The notes under the pieces: generated by a model | What the model saw: only the letters and a program-made list of their open reading frames with translations | Databases searched by the model: none | What the model was told of the DNA's origin: nothing | Part shown: positions 11,600 to 36,990 of the stretch, in pieces | How positions within the stretch are numbered: position 1 is the first letter of the stretch | Layout: each line of letters starts with the position of its first letter | Position numbers and translations under genes: made by a program | From: Schmidtea polychroa | Lineage: Eukaryota | Length of the DNA: 64,000 bases | Assembly (NCBI GenBank): GCA_044892525.1 | Contig: CM097885.1 | Coordinates: 46,130,001-46,194,000 of the forward strand | Direction: 5' to 3'

Positions 11600-14500
11600 A
11601 CTAGGACAATTTTTTTTCAATTTAGTTATAATATATCTTATTGCGTCATGTTGGTGCTGCCCCATGATGGGGAAACGAGAAGAAGCAGGTGAGCTACTCC
11701 TTAGGACTACTCCTTCATCTCATTCCAACTCACTTCCTCCAACTGCCAATAAAAGAACTTACGTCTTAACTTCACCAAATTTTTGGATACCGTTCCGTCA
11801 TAACGTTCATTTAACTTGCCTCGAGGTATCCTGGGAGGACCTCAGCATAATTATTCCATCTACGCTCAATATTTTTATCTCGTTCTTACGACTTAAACAA
11901 CGAACCAAAATGACACGGAACAATTTATTACTATAACAAGTATTAAACCACCACATTATGACATCAAAAAAAATTTTAAAAAAAACATCGGATAAATTCA
12001 GTCTGTTGAGTTTTATGTAAAACACTGAAGAATTTGTAGGGATCATAGTTCAAGTTCGAGATCGAATAGCTCGGCCGCATTTTCTTCCCAAGTCACACCT
12101 GTGGACGTTATCACGCGAAAACCTGGCGCCATACTGGAAAACTGCATTGTAATGTTATTACTAGAAGATTGTGCACAGGTGAGCTTTTTCTTGGCTCGAA
12201 CGTCGAGTCGTCACATTTTCTGCTTCTTCTTGCGCTCGGCGCGAGACAATTGCCAGCGTTTGGATTTTTCCTGCACTGATGCTTTCTCGATTTTAATAGG
12301 GATTGAGGAGATTTTCGATGACACTCGACTAGTGCCTGTAATGACCACTTCTGATGTGGAAGGAGATAAATCGGTCTCTACGCAGTTGCGGCACCCCCTT
12401 TTGGGTGGGGTATTAAAATGATCCAGCCGATTGTGATGGAGAGGGAAAAGATTTTCTGCTTCTGCAATCAGGATGTCTACTATCTTTTTGGTAATTGTGT
12501 CCTGTAGATAGACCTTATGTAAGGCCTCTGACTGCTCTTTGATAAGGGAGCGTTGGGTCCTACTCTCCTCTATTAGGCTATTCCTGTAGTGCTCACTACG
12601 GAACAGCTTCTTCTTCACCTCCTGCATTTGGGGTGGAGAAAACCATGTTCCCTCGAGGTGATCGATCTTCTTCTTGAGAATCCCTATCTGTACTTGGAGA
12701 GTTCGGATGATGCTGTTCTTATCAGCACAAGAGAAACAAGGGAGAAGAGAAGTCTTGGATGGTGGTATGGACGTCATTGTTCTAAAAATGATTTATGATA
12801 AATATTACAAGTTTTCATTATCGAACGTCGGAACTTATATTAAAGGCGAAAAACCCTCAAGGAAATACAAGATGTAAGTTGTTTTCCGTTTACAGAAAAA
12901 ATCAGTATCAACCAAATAAAATAAATTATTATTGAAGGGTTGGAATAAGTAGGGCGTCGACAGCATTGACGATACAATCATAAACTAGTTTAGTTTTCTC
13001 ATCTAATGAATTTATTACTTGTGAAATTTAGTTAATTCTCAGTAGGATTTACTACTCTTTACGATTTCGTTATAGATACTACCATAAATTATAATATGAA
13101 GCGAAAATTTTAATTGCTACCCTTTATATTTATTTAAACTAGATGCATACCCTGAGTAAGTTGATTTTCAGATAATTCCCCCATTGGTGTTATCAATTAC
13201 TAGGTTTCACAAATCAATTTTACAAAACGTTAGTTAAGTGAATTTTTCCGAAATCATCTGTTATACTCTCGGATGATAATTGTTTAAAACTGCTTAAGTT
13301 AATTTCGCCTGACAATGACAAATGTGGTACTGCTCGTGTAAATTGTCATATTCAACACTACTCAAGTGGATAAGATCGCATATGTATGTTTGTCCCTACC
13401 GATAATATCTAATGTTGTCTACTAGGCTCATGTAACTATCGCTGCTGACTGTTCTGATTATCAGTGAAATTGTCATTAAAATAAACATTACTAATAAGTT
13501 TTTTGTTGTGATTGAAAAGTGAAGACATTAAATTTTTAACATTTAATTATTGATACGATATATTATACTAACTTTATGAAACAAGAAAAACAAGAAAATT
13601 ACCGATATACAATTATCCTTCTGTAGACAAATAACAATGAATTTCTTGTAAACTGAATTTTAGTTTCTCATAAAATTGAAGTTCGTCTCCGAATAATAGT
13701 TGGCCTAGGCTGAATATTATTATGAGTCGTGGAAGTCCTGTGCTTATTAAAAATTGACAGTGGAATAGTCATTTTAGTGTTGAGGTCTCACTTTTTAAAA
13801 CCCCAACTTGCTGGTTCTTATATAATTATTAAATAAAAACAAAGTGTTTGGACAAAATTTATTAAAATATAAAATTAACCATTTAATTACAGAAATTTAT
13901 CCTTTGATCTTTCTCAAAAATATTCAATGATGCGTGTTATGTATAGTTATAATGTATGTCGTGCGTGTTATGTTTGATTGTAACCAAAATATGGTAGACG
14001 TTCTGTTCTGTCTTATTTTTAAATCTCGCAGAGATTGACTCTTTAAGATTCAGGAAAACCTAAGAAAATTTGGGCGAATAGATTGAATTTTGCTGTCGTA
14101 TATATACTATTTTTTAATACTGCTAAATAAAATATTTTAATTTCCGGCATATACGCACGGAATATTATATTCATTTTTAATTATTATCTCCTGCTATTCC
14201 TATAGCAGATGTTATTAAGTTTGAAATATATTAATTTTAAAATATATTAATTTCCGGCTTGTACGCACGGAATAATTTTCTAATAATTATAGTCTACATT
14301 GTACTTTAAATAATAATAAATATTTTTATAATAATAAATGTTTTTATAATATAATAATTAATATTTTTATACTAATATTTAATGTTTATATAATAATTTT
14401 ATTCAATCCCCTTCTTTTTATTATAATGTTTAAGTTTGTTTATAAAATTTATTAACATATTCACAAAAATAATTAACCCATACATATAAGATAAATGAAT

Positions 14501-14770
14501 AAAACCAATAAAATAATGATTGTCAAAAATATATACATTGTTAATAGGATCACAAAGGATAAGAATAATCATTGTTTTTTCGGGTTGTATTGGATTGGAT
14601 TGCACTGTTGGGAAATTGGATTGATGGGTATGTTGAAGCATTCGAGATATGGTGGAGCTTTGCCTATTTTCGTTCCTCAGCGAACACATTAACTCTATAT
14701 TTGTTTGGCCCCGTTCTGTAATATCTATCTAGGGTAAATGTAGTGATGGGCCTACCCTCATCATCTGGTT
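11600..14770 (-). mobile_element. Highly degenerate Ty3/gypsy-derived element (copy B) carrying the EGTWF ORF
   Basis: RT-like RLNLSDVFFKI and EIKILSVDGII in ORF 11807-12046; DNA blocks shared with the 30 kb copy (aagcaggtgagc...actactcc at 11682 vs 30301; taatt(t)cgcctg at 13300 vs 31861; aggctgaat at 13707 vs 32523); degenerate PBS-like ctcatcatctgg at ~14757. Confidence 0.6.
12043..12777 (-). pseudogene. EGTWF-family ORF of unknown function; 188 aa to an in-frame TGA, 244 codons if read through
   Basis: Clear homology to the 30633-31364 ORF; the frame stays open for 55 codons after TGA 12211-12213 (RLDVRAKKKLTCAQSS...EENAAELFDLELEL*). Confidence 0.7.
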
Positions 14771-14894
14771 TTATTCATTTATTTTCATATTTAAATTTAT
14801 TGATGTGATTGGTTGCGCCTAAGTTATTTTTTATTATTATTATTTTTTAAAGTATAAAGTGATGATTTCTTGGTAGCAGCATTTATTAATTAAA

Positions 14895-15060
14895 ACAATA
14901 AAATGATAATTTAAGCCTTTTGCTGCAAATAATATATTTAATGAAAAAGTTTTCGACTATAAGATAGTCCTTGTCAATTGACAAGGACTATCTTATAGTC
15001 GAAATTTTTTTCATTAAATACATTATTTGCAGCAAAAGGCTTAAATTATCATTTTATTGT
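14895..15060. repeat. Near-perfect loopless 166-bp palindrome (foldback)
   Basis: Centre caa|ttg at 14977/14978; arms acaataaaatgataatttaagccttttgctgcaaat...cgactataagatagtccttgt mirror with few mismatches. Confidence 0.95.
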
Positions 15061-15449
15061 ATTATTTTTTAATTATTATATTTTTAGATTTTTTTGGTTT
15101 TTATGTTTTGTTTCTCTTTTCCCTGGCTATTTATTATTAATTAAATGATCTATTAATTTTTCTTGTTTTCTTTGTCTTTTTGAATTAGTTAATTTATTTT
15201 TCCTTTTAATTTCTCTTTTTTATTATTTTACTTGTTTCCTATGTCATTGTTAGTTATTGGTTTATTGTCATATATACTTGCTCAGTTATTTTTATTTTTA
15301 TTTCGATTGGTATTTTACTTTATTCTACTTATTTATCAGTTTTATTTTCGTCTTTATTTTATTTTATTCACTATTCCACTGTCCTGTCAGGTATTATTTT
15401 AACAGGAAAAGAAAAAATAAAAAAAAATTAAGAAGCGGTGTGAATATCT

Positions 15450-16650
15450 CAGTTCTCAGCCCAACAGGACATCGAAGTAGTAGTCTAAATCGACTTTAGA
15501 AAAATCACCAAGAAAATTTCTATTAGGTAAAGTACACAATTATCCATCAGAACTACATGGCATGCAGTTTGTCAGCTATTACACAATAATAGAGTTTCGT
15601 ATAGAATTTAGAAGTTCACCATATTGAGAGTGACAGTCACCTTAAAATATGACACGGCTAGAGAATACTAGGAAGAATTCCAATATCACTGATAAACGAC
15701 AAATACAATGAATAAGGCATTCCGCAAGCTTAGCCAGATAAGAATTACAAATCAAACTCAGACCAAATAATCAGTAATCATATCACTTTTACAAGTTGTA
15801 TTAGGCAGAAGTAAGCCCCATGAAGCAGTATGAATTATCGCGCATATATACCCCCTCATTTTGATTGATGTATTGCACATTTGATCGATGAGTTATGGCG
15901 CATATAATATTTCCTGCGTGTATTGAGTAAAAAGTGCTATTATTGATTTTTATGTGAAAAAAGTGCATAGTGAAAATTATGACTAAAAAGTGCAATTTCT
16001 GACTGTAGTCAGAGGTGCTTTTCTTAGATTTTAAGATTTCACCCAAATATGTTAGACGAAAAAGATTTGTTACTTGTCAACACAGATTATTTTATATAAA
16101 AATCAACGGAAATATCTCTTTTCGATATAAATTTCGCGTTTACTTACCTGTCTTCTCACATAAAACCCATATATACATGGTTCTAATAATCATATGGTCG
16201 TCCGTGAGCATTACTTTGATCTTTTCCTGACAAAGCAACGTTAGATTTCCTATCAGTAGTCATGAACCAAAAAGAAAAAAGGAGTAGTTCTAATAATGGA
16301 CCTCGCCAGGTCAATAGTTTTCAGCCATTGTGTACATTAAGAACATTGCAAGGGATACATGGAGAGTAAAAGCTAACATCCATGAAGCCGTTTTGGGAAG
16401 AGTTAATGATAACTGTATCGATGACGCTAGATGAGTTGAATAAGACAACAACCAGTGCTAACAGCTGCTTAATAACCTTGAAAGCCAACACAACATACAT
16501 TCAGAGTTTGTGTTGGATTAAGGTTAACTAAATATAAAGATCTTCTTAGACTTAGTCGAGCACCAAAATTAAGAGTACTCTCGTCTCAGGTTTCACCTAT
16601 ACGGTACTGCATCAACTCCATTCATTTCGGCTGTCATTTGTAACTGTAAT
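15450..16650 (+). mobile_element. Degenerate gypsy-derived element (copy C), no EGTWF ORF seen
   Basis: tcagcccaaca motif (15456-15466) after a T-rich tract; ggagtagttctaa...gtgtacat...aacat (16281-16350) matches the reverse complement of 30240-30335. Confidence 0.5.
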
Positions 16651-17051
16651 TTATAATTTATTTAATACAAAAGTTATAACTTTATCAATTTCTAAATAGA
16701 ATTAAACTTTTGTGGCTCAAAGTTACAAGGTATGGTTTTATTTAAATAAATACACACCTGTTAAGTAATTTAAGTCAACAATATTAATCTATAGATTAAA
16801 ATGCAAGTAAAAATCCTATTTTAGTTAAAAATATATAAATGAAAATGTTTGAATAACTACATTTAAACTTACATAAAAATATTTATACATTTTATATAAC
16901 AATTATACATGAATTATATTTCTTCATGAAGAGGAATATTATTGTATATAGGTGTTTTAATAATACTAAATTTTTCATTATTTAATATTGTATAAATGAA
17001 TAAATTAATTTGTTTCTCTTAGTTTTTGTAAAAAATATCTAATTATTTTCC

Positions 17052-29610
<12,559 letters not shown>

Positions 29611-30089
29611 TTGATCGTGATTTTGTGTGTAAGATTATATTTCTATTTTTTATAGCTATCTTATTATCTCGAATTTGAAATTATTGATTAATTGGTGTTC
29701 ACTATCGATCGGATATGTGCTGCTGGTGTTGATGAGTGTTTTCCAAGTCTTTATCCGATATCATTAAAATCAATTGTTTATGACATAATAAATTATTAGT
29801 TTTTGTTCTTTTTTCCAATTATCAGTGCAAATTTAATTTTAAATTATTAAAAATTTATTTTAATTTTCTGGTTTAAGGATTTTCGCGAATCACTTAAAAT
29901 TTCAATGTGTTGCGTTGTATAACAAATTTGGTGAATTTACCTTATTTATATTTTCTAATGGGATAATTGCATCATTACGTCATGCCAAAAATAATCATTT
30001 TCACAACACTCGTCCGATCTGTCACTCTTGGACACATTTCATATATATATCCTATCCAAATACACAAAAAAAAATCTAATCAAAAAGAA

Positions 30090-32745
30090 ACACAATTTTT
30101 AACTACTGATACCAGAATATGCCAAAATAAGATGTCCATAACTAATGTTGGGCACCTGGGTATGCCATTCATAAATGATGTAACTATACGACCGGCTCGA
30201 CTCTTTTCCAGGCACCCAAAGTGATTTGTTAATAATATTCCCTCCTGTGTACCTATGACGACGGGCCATGTTGGTGATGTACACCGAGGTCGGAACCTGT
30301 AAGCAGGTGAGCCCCTATGTTAGAACTACTCCCTACAGCATTCATGGTTCGGGTTCTAGAAGGCCGTAGAAGGACTTACATCGAGCGATAATTGCCTCTG
30401 GTCAGGTGAGGTCTTTTGATTTCTCCACATGTTCGCAGTACGGTCTTAGAACAATTCTACCATTTATTATATCTAACACAATTCCCAGATGCATCAAAAA
30501 GGAAAGAAATAAAATTATGACAAATTCGCACCATTATACACTGTCACAATTAGTACACCAAAGGATTTAAAATATACATTTATCATGTAGGATTTGATTT
30601 CAGGTTAAGCACTTTGGATGGAGTACTTGTATTTAAATGTCTCCTTCTATCAACATCGCGGCGATGTCGTTTTCCAGCACAGGGTCGGGAGTTGGTAAAG
30701 AGGCAGTAGCTGGCACGACTTTGAATGAAGAAACTGGACATGTGAGTGGAACTACTTTTACCTGAGATACTGCGAACAGGGTTGCTTCTAAAGTAGCTAT
30801 TTCCTCGCGCCGCTTTTTGGTTTTCTCTGCGCGGGTCAATCGTTTCTTCCTTTTGGTTTTAGGGAGTTCGGTCGAAACGATCCCTTGTGGATTAGAGTTG
30901 CTCGCAGAGCTCACGGCAGGCATAACGGGTATGTAGACGTCGGGTGTGGCGGGCGACATTGTTGTAGGACCGTGAGAATCGCACCGTGTCGGGTGAACCG
31001 ACTCCAGATAATCCGATCGATGATGTAGAGGAAACACGTTTCCTTTATTCATTATAGGGTACTCCGCGATACGAGCCTTCAATTCGGCATCAGAATAGAT
31101 GCGGTGGAGAGCCGCAGATTGGGCCTTGATTGTGAGCCGTTGGTTCCGACTTTCCTCGAGGAAACTGTCACGGCAGTGTTCGAGTCTGAGGATCTTCAAT
31201 TGAGCCTCTTTCATTAGCGCTGGGGTAAACCAGGTACCTTCCAAGGTGTCGATCTTTCGTTTCAGCGTTCCAATGTAATCGGCCGACTTCTTTAACAGCA
31301 CATTTTTTTTGGCACACGAGAAACACGGTCTCGGGCCGGTTGGAGGAAGATTCGGTTCTGACATGTCGTTCGGAAAACTAGAAACATTCAAAATTAATAA
31401 ATGACCCTGACAAGGCCGTTAAATTTCAATATGGTTTAGTCCTTTCACCTAGGTTCTATTCGCAATCATACATTTCGTTAATACTATTTTTATAAATTTT
31501 TATCCAAAATCGGTTTAACAGGTGAAGAGTTCCTATCGAAAAATTTATTCACTACACTTTTATCTCCGAAAGTATTTAAAAAGAAGGTAAACTCGTGTAT
31601 TAGAGTTAAATATTTCATTTCATTTCTGAACTATGACATTTAAATTTAAAAAAAAATTCATATTTATTTCGACCTACGAAAGTTCATTTCCCGAACTAGT
31701 TTCTGGAGTGTCATACCTGAATTCATTCTTAAACTACATGCTCAAACGTATTACCTAGGCGTCCTCATAAAAATAAAGAATTTTATTTACCGAGACCCTC
31801 GCAATTTTAAATGATTGTTTGTTATTCTATTTAATTCAACGGCAATTTTCACCATGCAATTAATTCGCCTGCGGGTGTGTATGTGCCGTACTATTAAAAT
31901 GTACTCGCATCTCATTTACGCCATTAAGTCATTGAAAATCTAACATCAATTACTTCACCTATTCTCCGCCGTTCACTCTCTGAAGTATACAAAATCCAAA
32001 GTGTCATCGCGATTTCTAACTGCATATATTCACTAGATGAAGTGCTGGGAATGATCAACTGTCATCGCCACATGCGAGATGGTCACGTTGATGTGTATGT
32101 GTTTGTGTTCGTTTTTTAGAATTTATATTACACTGGGAAATCCCAATTATCTAATTAATTGGTTGCAAATATTTATGTAAAATCCTATGATCGCCTATTC
32201 CTAAGGTGTTTTGACAGCAATCTAAGATTTTCCGATTACAATTCCTCGTCGTCGACAAATGCGAGAATTTGTCAGATATTAATGGATTGATCGAATTAGT
32301 GCGGATTTTTGTTTATGATGCTATCGCGATTCTACGATAATGTCTACGATGAAATGTGTAGGTAATTCGGCTGCGGTATCTCTCACCGAGTTAGCGATCA
32401 AACCTCTAAAGTACAAATTGGAGAAGTATGAAATGAGTTCGTTGGTCTATCCCATTCTATAGAAGTTTTTTCTCCTACAAGAAGAAAAAATAGGATCTCC
32501 CCGTAATGTCTACACGGCTACAAGGCTGAATGCTCTATATCCTTACCTATAGGTGTAACTGAATTTTTATCGCTGTTACTGAGCCAGAGAACAAATCGTC
32601 TTTTCCGATCTCTCAATTTTACCTCCAATCGTACGCAATTTCCTCCCACTTCAGTGAGCAATCATCCAGCAAAACAATCTGTGCCCTATCGATACGGGTA
32701 TCAACAGTTCCAGACGCTCTCCTGGCTAATCTCATCACCACAATT
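30090..32745 (-). mobile_element. Highly degenerate Ty3/gypsy-derived element (copy D) carrying the intact EGTWF ORF
   Basis: Minus-strand order: PBS-like TGGTGATGAG (32731-32740); gag-like RRKNFYRMG*TNELISYF..IVDIIV; protease-end-like FVGRN (~31670); the ORF; RT-thumb-like VLDIINGRIVLRP..KSFYGLL; integrase-like VYITNM. All flanking remnants contain stops and frameshifts. Confidence 0.6.
30633..31364 (-). CDS. EGTWF-family protein of unknown function, 243 aa from first ATG, intronless
   Basis: Long uninterrupted ORF in AT-rich DNA; paralogues at 12.0-12.8 kb and 6.1-6.35 kb share PCFSC, LEGTWF(T/S)P, EH.R.S..EESR.QR..IK.QS.ALH..Y and L(S/T)RAE. Confidence 0.7.
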   Translation of the reverse strand: MSEPNLPPTGPRPCFSCAKKNVLLKKSADYIGTLKRKIDTLEGTWFTPALMKEAQLKILRLEHCRDSFLEESRNQRLTIKAQSAALHRIYSDAELKARIAEYPIMNKGNVFPLHHRSDYLESVHPTRCDSHGPTTMSPATPDVYIPVMPAVSSASNSNPQGIVSTELPKTKRKKRLTRAEKTKKRREEIATLEATLFAVSQVKVVPLTCPVSSFKVVPATASLPTPDPVLENDIAAMLIEGDI

Positions 32746-33759
32746 TATTAAAATAAAATCAAATAAAAGTAAGCATAATTTTTTTAAAAGATAAAAATTT
32801 ATAACAAGGTAATCTAGATCGGTTGGTTTGGAGTTTCTTCCTCATTTCTGTCGCTACGATTCCATACCACCCTACCGCTACCTCAGAATCACCATATCTC
32901 TATTAATTTCTTCCATGGAACCAATTTTATTTCACCGTTTTCACGGAATTAATACCGCTATCTTTCCCAGCAAATTCTATTATAGTGCATACTCAAATCA
33001 TTCAATCAAACATATAAAAAATTAATCTTTTATTGTTATATCATTAATAAATCGTTTGGTCAAAAGAAAAGAGACTAGTTTTAAACTTTAATTTTCCCAT
33101 TTACATATATCATTATATAATACATATATAAATAAACAAAAATAAAAATTTTACATTCTCGATGCTTCTTGAAATTGAAAATCGTCTGTAGAATTCCATA
33201 ATACTGTGACTGTGAATTATTGGAAGTTGTTGTCCTAATTGCTGGCTATATAACGATTAAGGATCCTAAGGTGTGGTCGCTAAATTTTTTAAAATTAAAC
33301 ACTGGGGGAATTAACCGCTCTATTCTCTTATATACTGGATTCTGTCCAATCAGAATCCAGTGCGGTTGTATTATTGTATTTTTAATCATTTTTTCTCATT
33401 TTTATTCTTTTCTTATGTTTTCTTTATTATTTTTAACGATTTTATTAATAACTAATTTTTCTATTCTTATTTTCCTTTCTTTTGTTAATTTTTGGGTATT
33501 TTCTAGTGCTTTTCTATCTTGTTTGTTTTTCCTTAATTATTATTTCTATTTTTGGGTTTGATATTATTATTTAATTTTCTCGTTATTTCTTTCTTTTATT
33601 ATTATTATTTTTCTATTATTTTTCTTTATTGGTGTAATTATTTAGGGTTTTTATTAGATTTTTTCGTTATTTCTCTTTAATCTTCCTTTCTACTTGGCTA
33701 ATCCCCCTCCTTCATTAATTCTTATTTAGTTATTTTGTGTGAGGATTTGGACTCACTGA

Positions 33760-35060
33760 AAATCAGCCCAACACTAACATAAAATAATAACATAACCTCA
33801 TATGGGATACGCTTGAAACATGTTCACTGTGTCAAACAAATCAAAATATTAGTTGTACCAAAATTTCGATTATAAAAACAATCCTTATCAAGCATTTTTT
33901 ACCATAATCTGTGTCCGATGCAATGTGAACTTTATTCCTCGAATAGTGAAGAAACATGCTATAATCTTGAGGGAACTCATATAACCATATTGATAAACAA
34001 GCCAAAATCAGTTATTCCCAGACCAAGGTAAATTAAACAAGAGCTTGTAAAATTACAGAGTAGTTGGTTTAATCGACTTTAAGTAAAAAAATTTGAATAG
34101 GAAAATCTTAAGACTTGCCAAATGTCCCAACAACTTCATTATGGAGAGTAGGGAACAACGTAGCCACTAAATTAAAACAAAGAATGTCAAATCGAGGTAG
34201 CGTGACGCAAATCTCATTCCCCTCACCATCTTTCTTCAACATCTGTCACTAAATAGCAAACACTCAATGAGAATAATTAAACGAAAAAGTTAAGTGGCCA
34301 GAAAAGAGACGATGTCATCAGAATTCCGCAATCAGCAGGTGTACTATTGAACTAAGTATCCTTTATATTTTCTATACTTACGATTTAATCCTACACGGTT
34401 CATGTTTAGGTGTAAATATTGACGAATAATTGTGTAAATACAAATTTAAATGTATAATTTTACTGAATTTAGTTTATGCATTGAAATTCCAAATTTCTTG
34501 GTGTCATTTATTTATTCCAATGTACAACATATGGGCTACCAAACCGAATTATAAGTAATTACGGAGAGCAGTTAGAGAATTTATTAGGCAGTAAAATATC
34601 GTAAAACCTTCCATTTGCCATTGAACTAAGAAAAAGAAAGTTGATCGAACAATAGTTTTGAAGAATTCACTCATCTACTCATTAACCTTCGACCTTGTTA
34701 TACAGTACCAACATGTGGATCAAACGCTGTCTTCACATGCGTATTTGGATGAAATCAACAGTAGTATTTGCATGTAAGACGAATTGTTTCCAAGTGCAGC
34801 ATGATCACCCTAGAGACTATAAATAAGCCAACTCCATGTGTCAACAGTAGTTCCGAAAGAAGAGATCACTTTTCGATGGCACCCTCTTACTTCTGACACA
34901 TTTCCATTGTTCCTTACCAACAGGTGTCAAGTTTTCTAACAATTATTAAGAGCGGTTGCAAGTAAAATTAGTAGGTTTTTTACCTCACCAACTCAGCACA
35001 AGTAACACCTAAATATATTTGAATTCCATCATTGACTTGAACAAACAAGCCTTATTTATA
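33760..35060 (+). mobile_element. Degenerate gypsy-derived element (copy E), no EGTWF ORF seen
   Basis: tcagcccaaca (33763-33773) after a T-rich tract; ctcatctact...cgacctt..tatacagtaccaacatg (~34670-34715) resembles the reverse complement of 30268-30312. Confidence 0.45.
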
Positions 35061-35631
35061 AAATGGTAAATATTAATTGAGTGTTTTATAAGAATTTTCC
35101 GGGGTTTCTTTTGCACGTGATATTTTGCTCTTAAAATTCATTCTTCCAGTTACGTGTTTTGACCCAACATTTTTAAATTATCATGGCAAACTTTATAGCC
35201 TACATTTTGATTACCGAAAAACCATAATAGTGATAGTTTGGCACAAATCTGAACCAAAAACTCTACGTTTGGCCTATTATTTGAAGCCGTCAATAAGCCT
35301 TAACATGTACTGTCTTGAAGCACAAACAAATCTTAACTTTAATCTTCAAATTTGTATACGTCCTTTATAACTAATGTATATTTAACTCAAAGATGCAGAT
35401 AATGAAGGTAAAACTTTGAAATATTTAAACCATATTTTCAAACAGTTATTTAAAGCATTTAATTCATTAAATAAAATTTAGAAATAATTAACTGTTGTTT
35501 AAATATTTAAAATGCACTACGGGTTCGATAATAATTGTGTTCATTATTTGCAACATATATCATATAAATAAAATAAAAAATTAAAGTGAATAACAGTACA
35601 AACAATTTACTATAATAAACATATTTAAAAA

Positions 35632-36210
35632 CTAGTCTTTCTTTCTTTTAAATATATTGGGAAACCATCGAGGTTTATTTGTATCTACTTCGACAATTTC
35701 ATTGTTTACTGATTGTTCATTTGTTGCATCGTGTAACTTCATGTGATTTAATAAAGCTTCGTTTTCTTCTTTCATTTTATTTTTAAACTCATATGTTTCA
35801 TTTCTAGTTTCCATGTAACAATTTGCTATTAATAAAAATAAAAATGACATCATTACTTAAAATTTCTTACTGCAAATGCAACTTTTTTCATGCCAAGATC
35901 CACAAAATGGGCAAGTAATTATATCTGGATTAAGTTTTCGAAGATTCAAATTATATTGATTAAATTTCATACGTCTTCTAACTTCAAGAGATCTTCTAAA
36001 TTTGGGAACTCCATAAACCATATGTTCCATCATTAATGAATTTATGTCGAAATTACTAGGTGGATTACCTACATTCGGATAACTAGATAAAGCGGCAAAA
36101 TCATACCCTAAGTTAAAAAGTAAATAATTTTTAGCTAATATATTAAAATTACCAATGAAAGATTTAATATATTCTACAACATTTCTAATTAAAACTTTAG
36201 TTTTAAACAT
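35632..36210 (-). CDS. MRPL32: 39S mitochondrial ribosomal protein L32, 177 aa
   Basis: Exons 36210-35871 and 35825-35632, 45-nt GT-AG intron; GVPKFRRSLEVRR...IITCPFCGSWHEKSCICTNCY...KPRWF gives the CxxC...CxxC zinc motif and the metazoan C-terminal PxWF. Confidence 0.93.
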
Positions 36211-36599
36211 TATATAATAAATTAGGTAATAATAAAACAATATAAAATTTTCATATGAACGATATTAAAGATTTAAATTAATTAAATTTTTATGCCGTGA
36301 ATGAAATATTCATTTTAAATTAATTTATAAAACAATTAATTTATACTTTAAATTATTGTATTAATTGTATTAGATGGAATGAACCGAATGACATGGTTTT
36401 AATTAAAATGAAATGACACAATATGGTGTGAATTCGACATTTTTCGAAGTATTACACTTGTAAAAGTTTAGAAATTAATTTACAAATTTATGCAACCAAT
36501 AACATACAGCATAGTAATTGATTTAAAATAATGCTTTTCATTATTCGTCTCCAAGTTCCGATTCATTTTAATTCCTGAAATCTCTTCTGTCCAAGCTCT

Positions 36600-36990
36600 C
36601 CAGGCCTGAGCTTACAAGGGTTCTTAATATTCAGAGCCTCCGCTGGAATCTTTGAAATGAACGAATCGATAACCAGGAACAGCTCGGTTTGTGAATATGA
36701 CGGCATTCTTTCGACTCATGCGTCCAATTGGATCCCTGCACGAAGTTCTATGATCCTCTGTACCTATTCTCGGATAGATATCTTGAGATCGCGAATGATC
36801 CCTAGATTATATACCCGAACCTTCTTAATAGATTTGATTTTTAGTTCGGAACCATGTCCCATCAATCCTCCTGCATTTTCTGACCAGGAATTCGGCCTTT
36901 TTGGCTGGATATGCCGCTTCAAATGTGTCTGGCACGACTTCCTGGTGAAATTTTATCATAGGATTTATAGATAAGCCGAATTCCGCAAAT
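36600..36990 (-). pseudogene. Possible distant, decayed fourth EGTWF-family copy
   Basis: KAEFLVRKCRRIDGTWF (GTWF ~36849-36860) in a GC-richer island, followed after a frameshift by DLKISIRE*VQRI. Confidence 0.35.

Noticed and set aside
12101..12877. Plus-strand ORFs overlapping the EGTWF ORF; likewise 53000-53318, 53901-54155, 55434-55796 and 36657-36974
   Set aside because: Antisense shadows of minus-strand coding or coding-derived sequence.
31220..31275. Idea that LKRKIDTLEGTWFTP is simply the gypsy RT N-terminus (ELDRLE..GIIEP)
   Set aside because: The resemblance is superficial; the following WASP/PK/DY motifs are absent and the ORF has its own conserved start and stop. A profile search is needed to exclude it fully.
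33220..33561. Hydrophobic membrane-like ORFs (also 6761-6955, 15257-15499, 38349-38603)
   Set aside because: They arise from T-rich low-complexity tracts giving F/L/I codons; no motif support.
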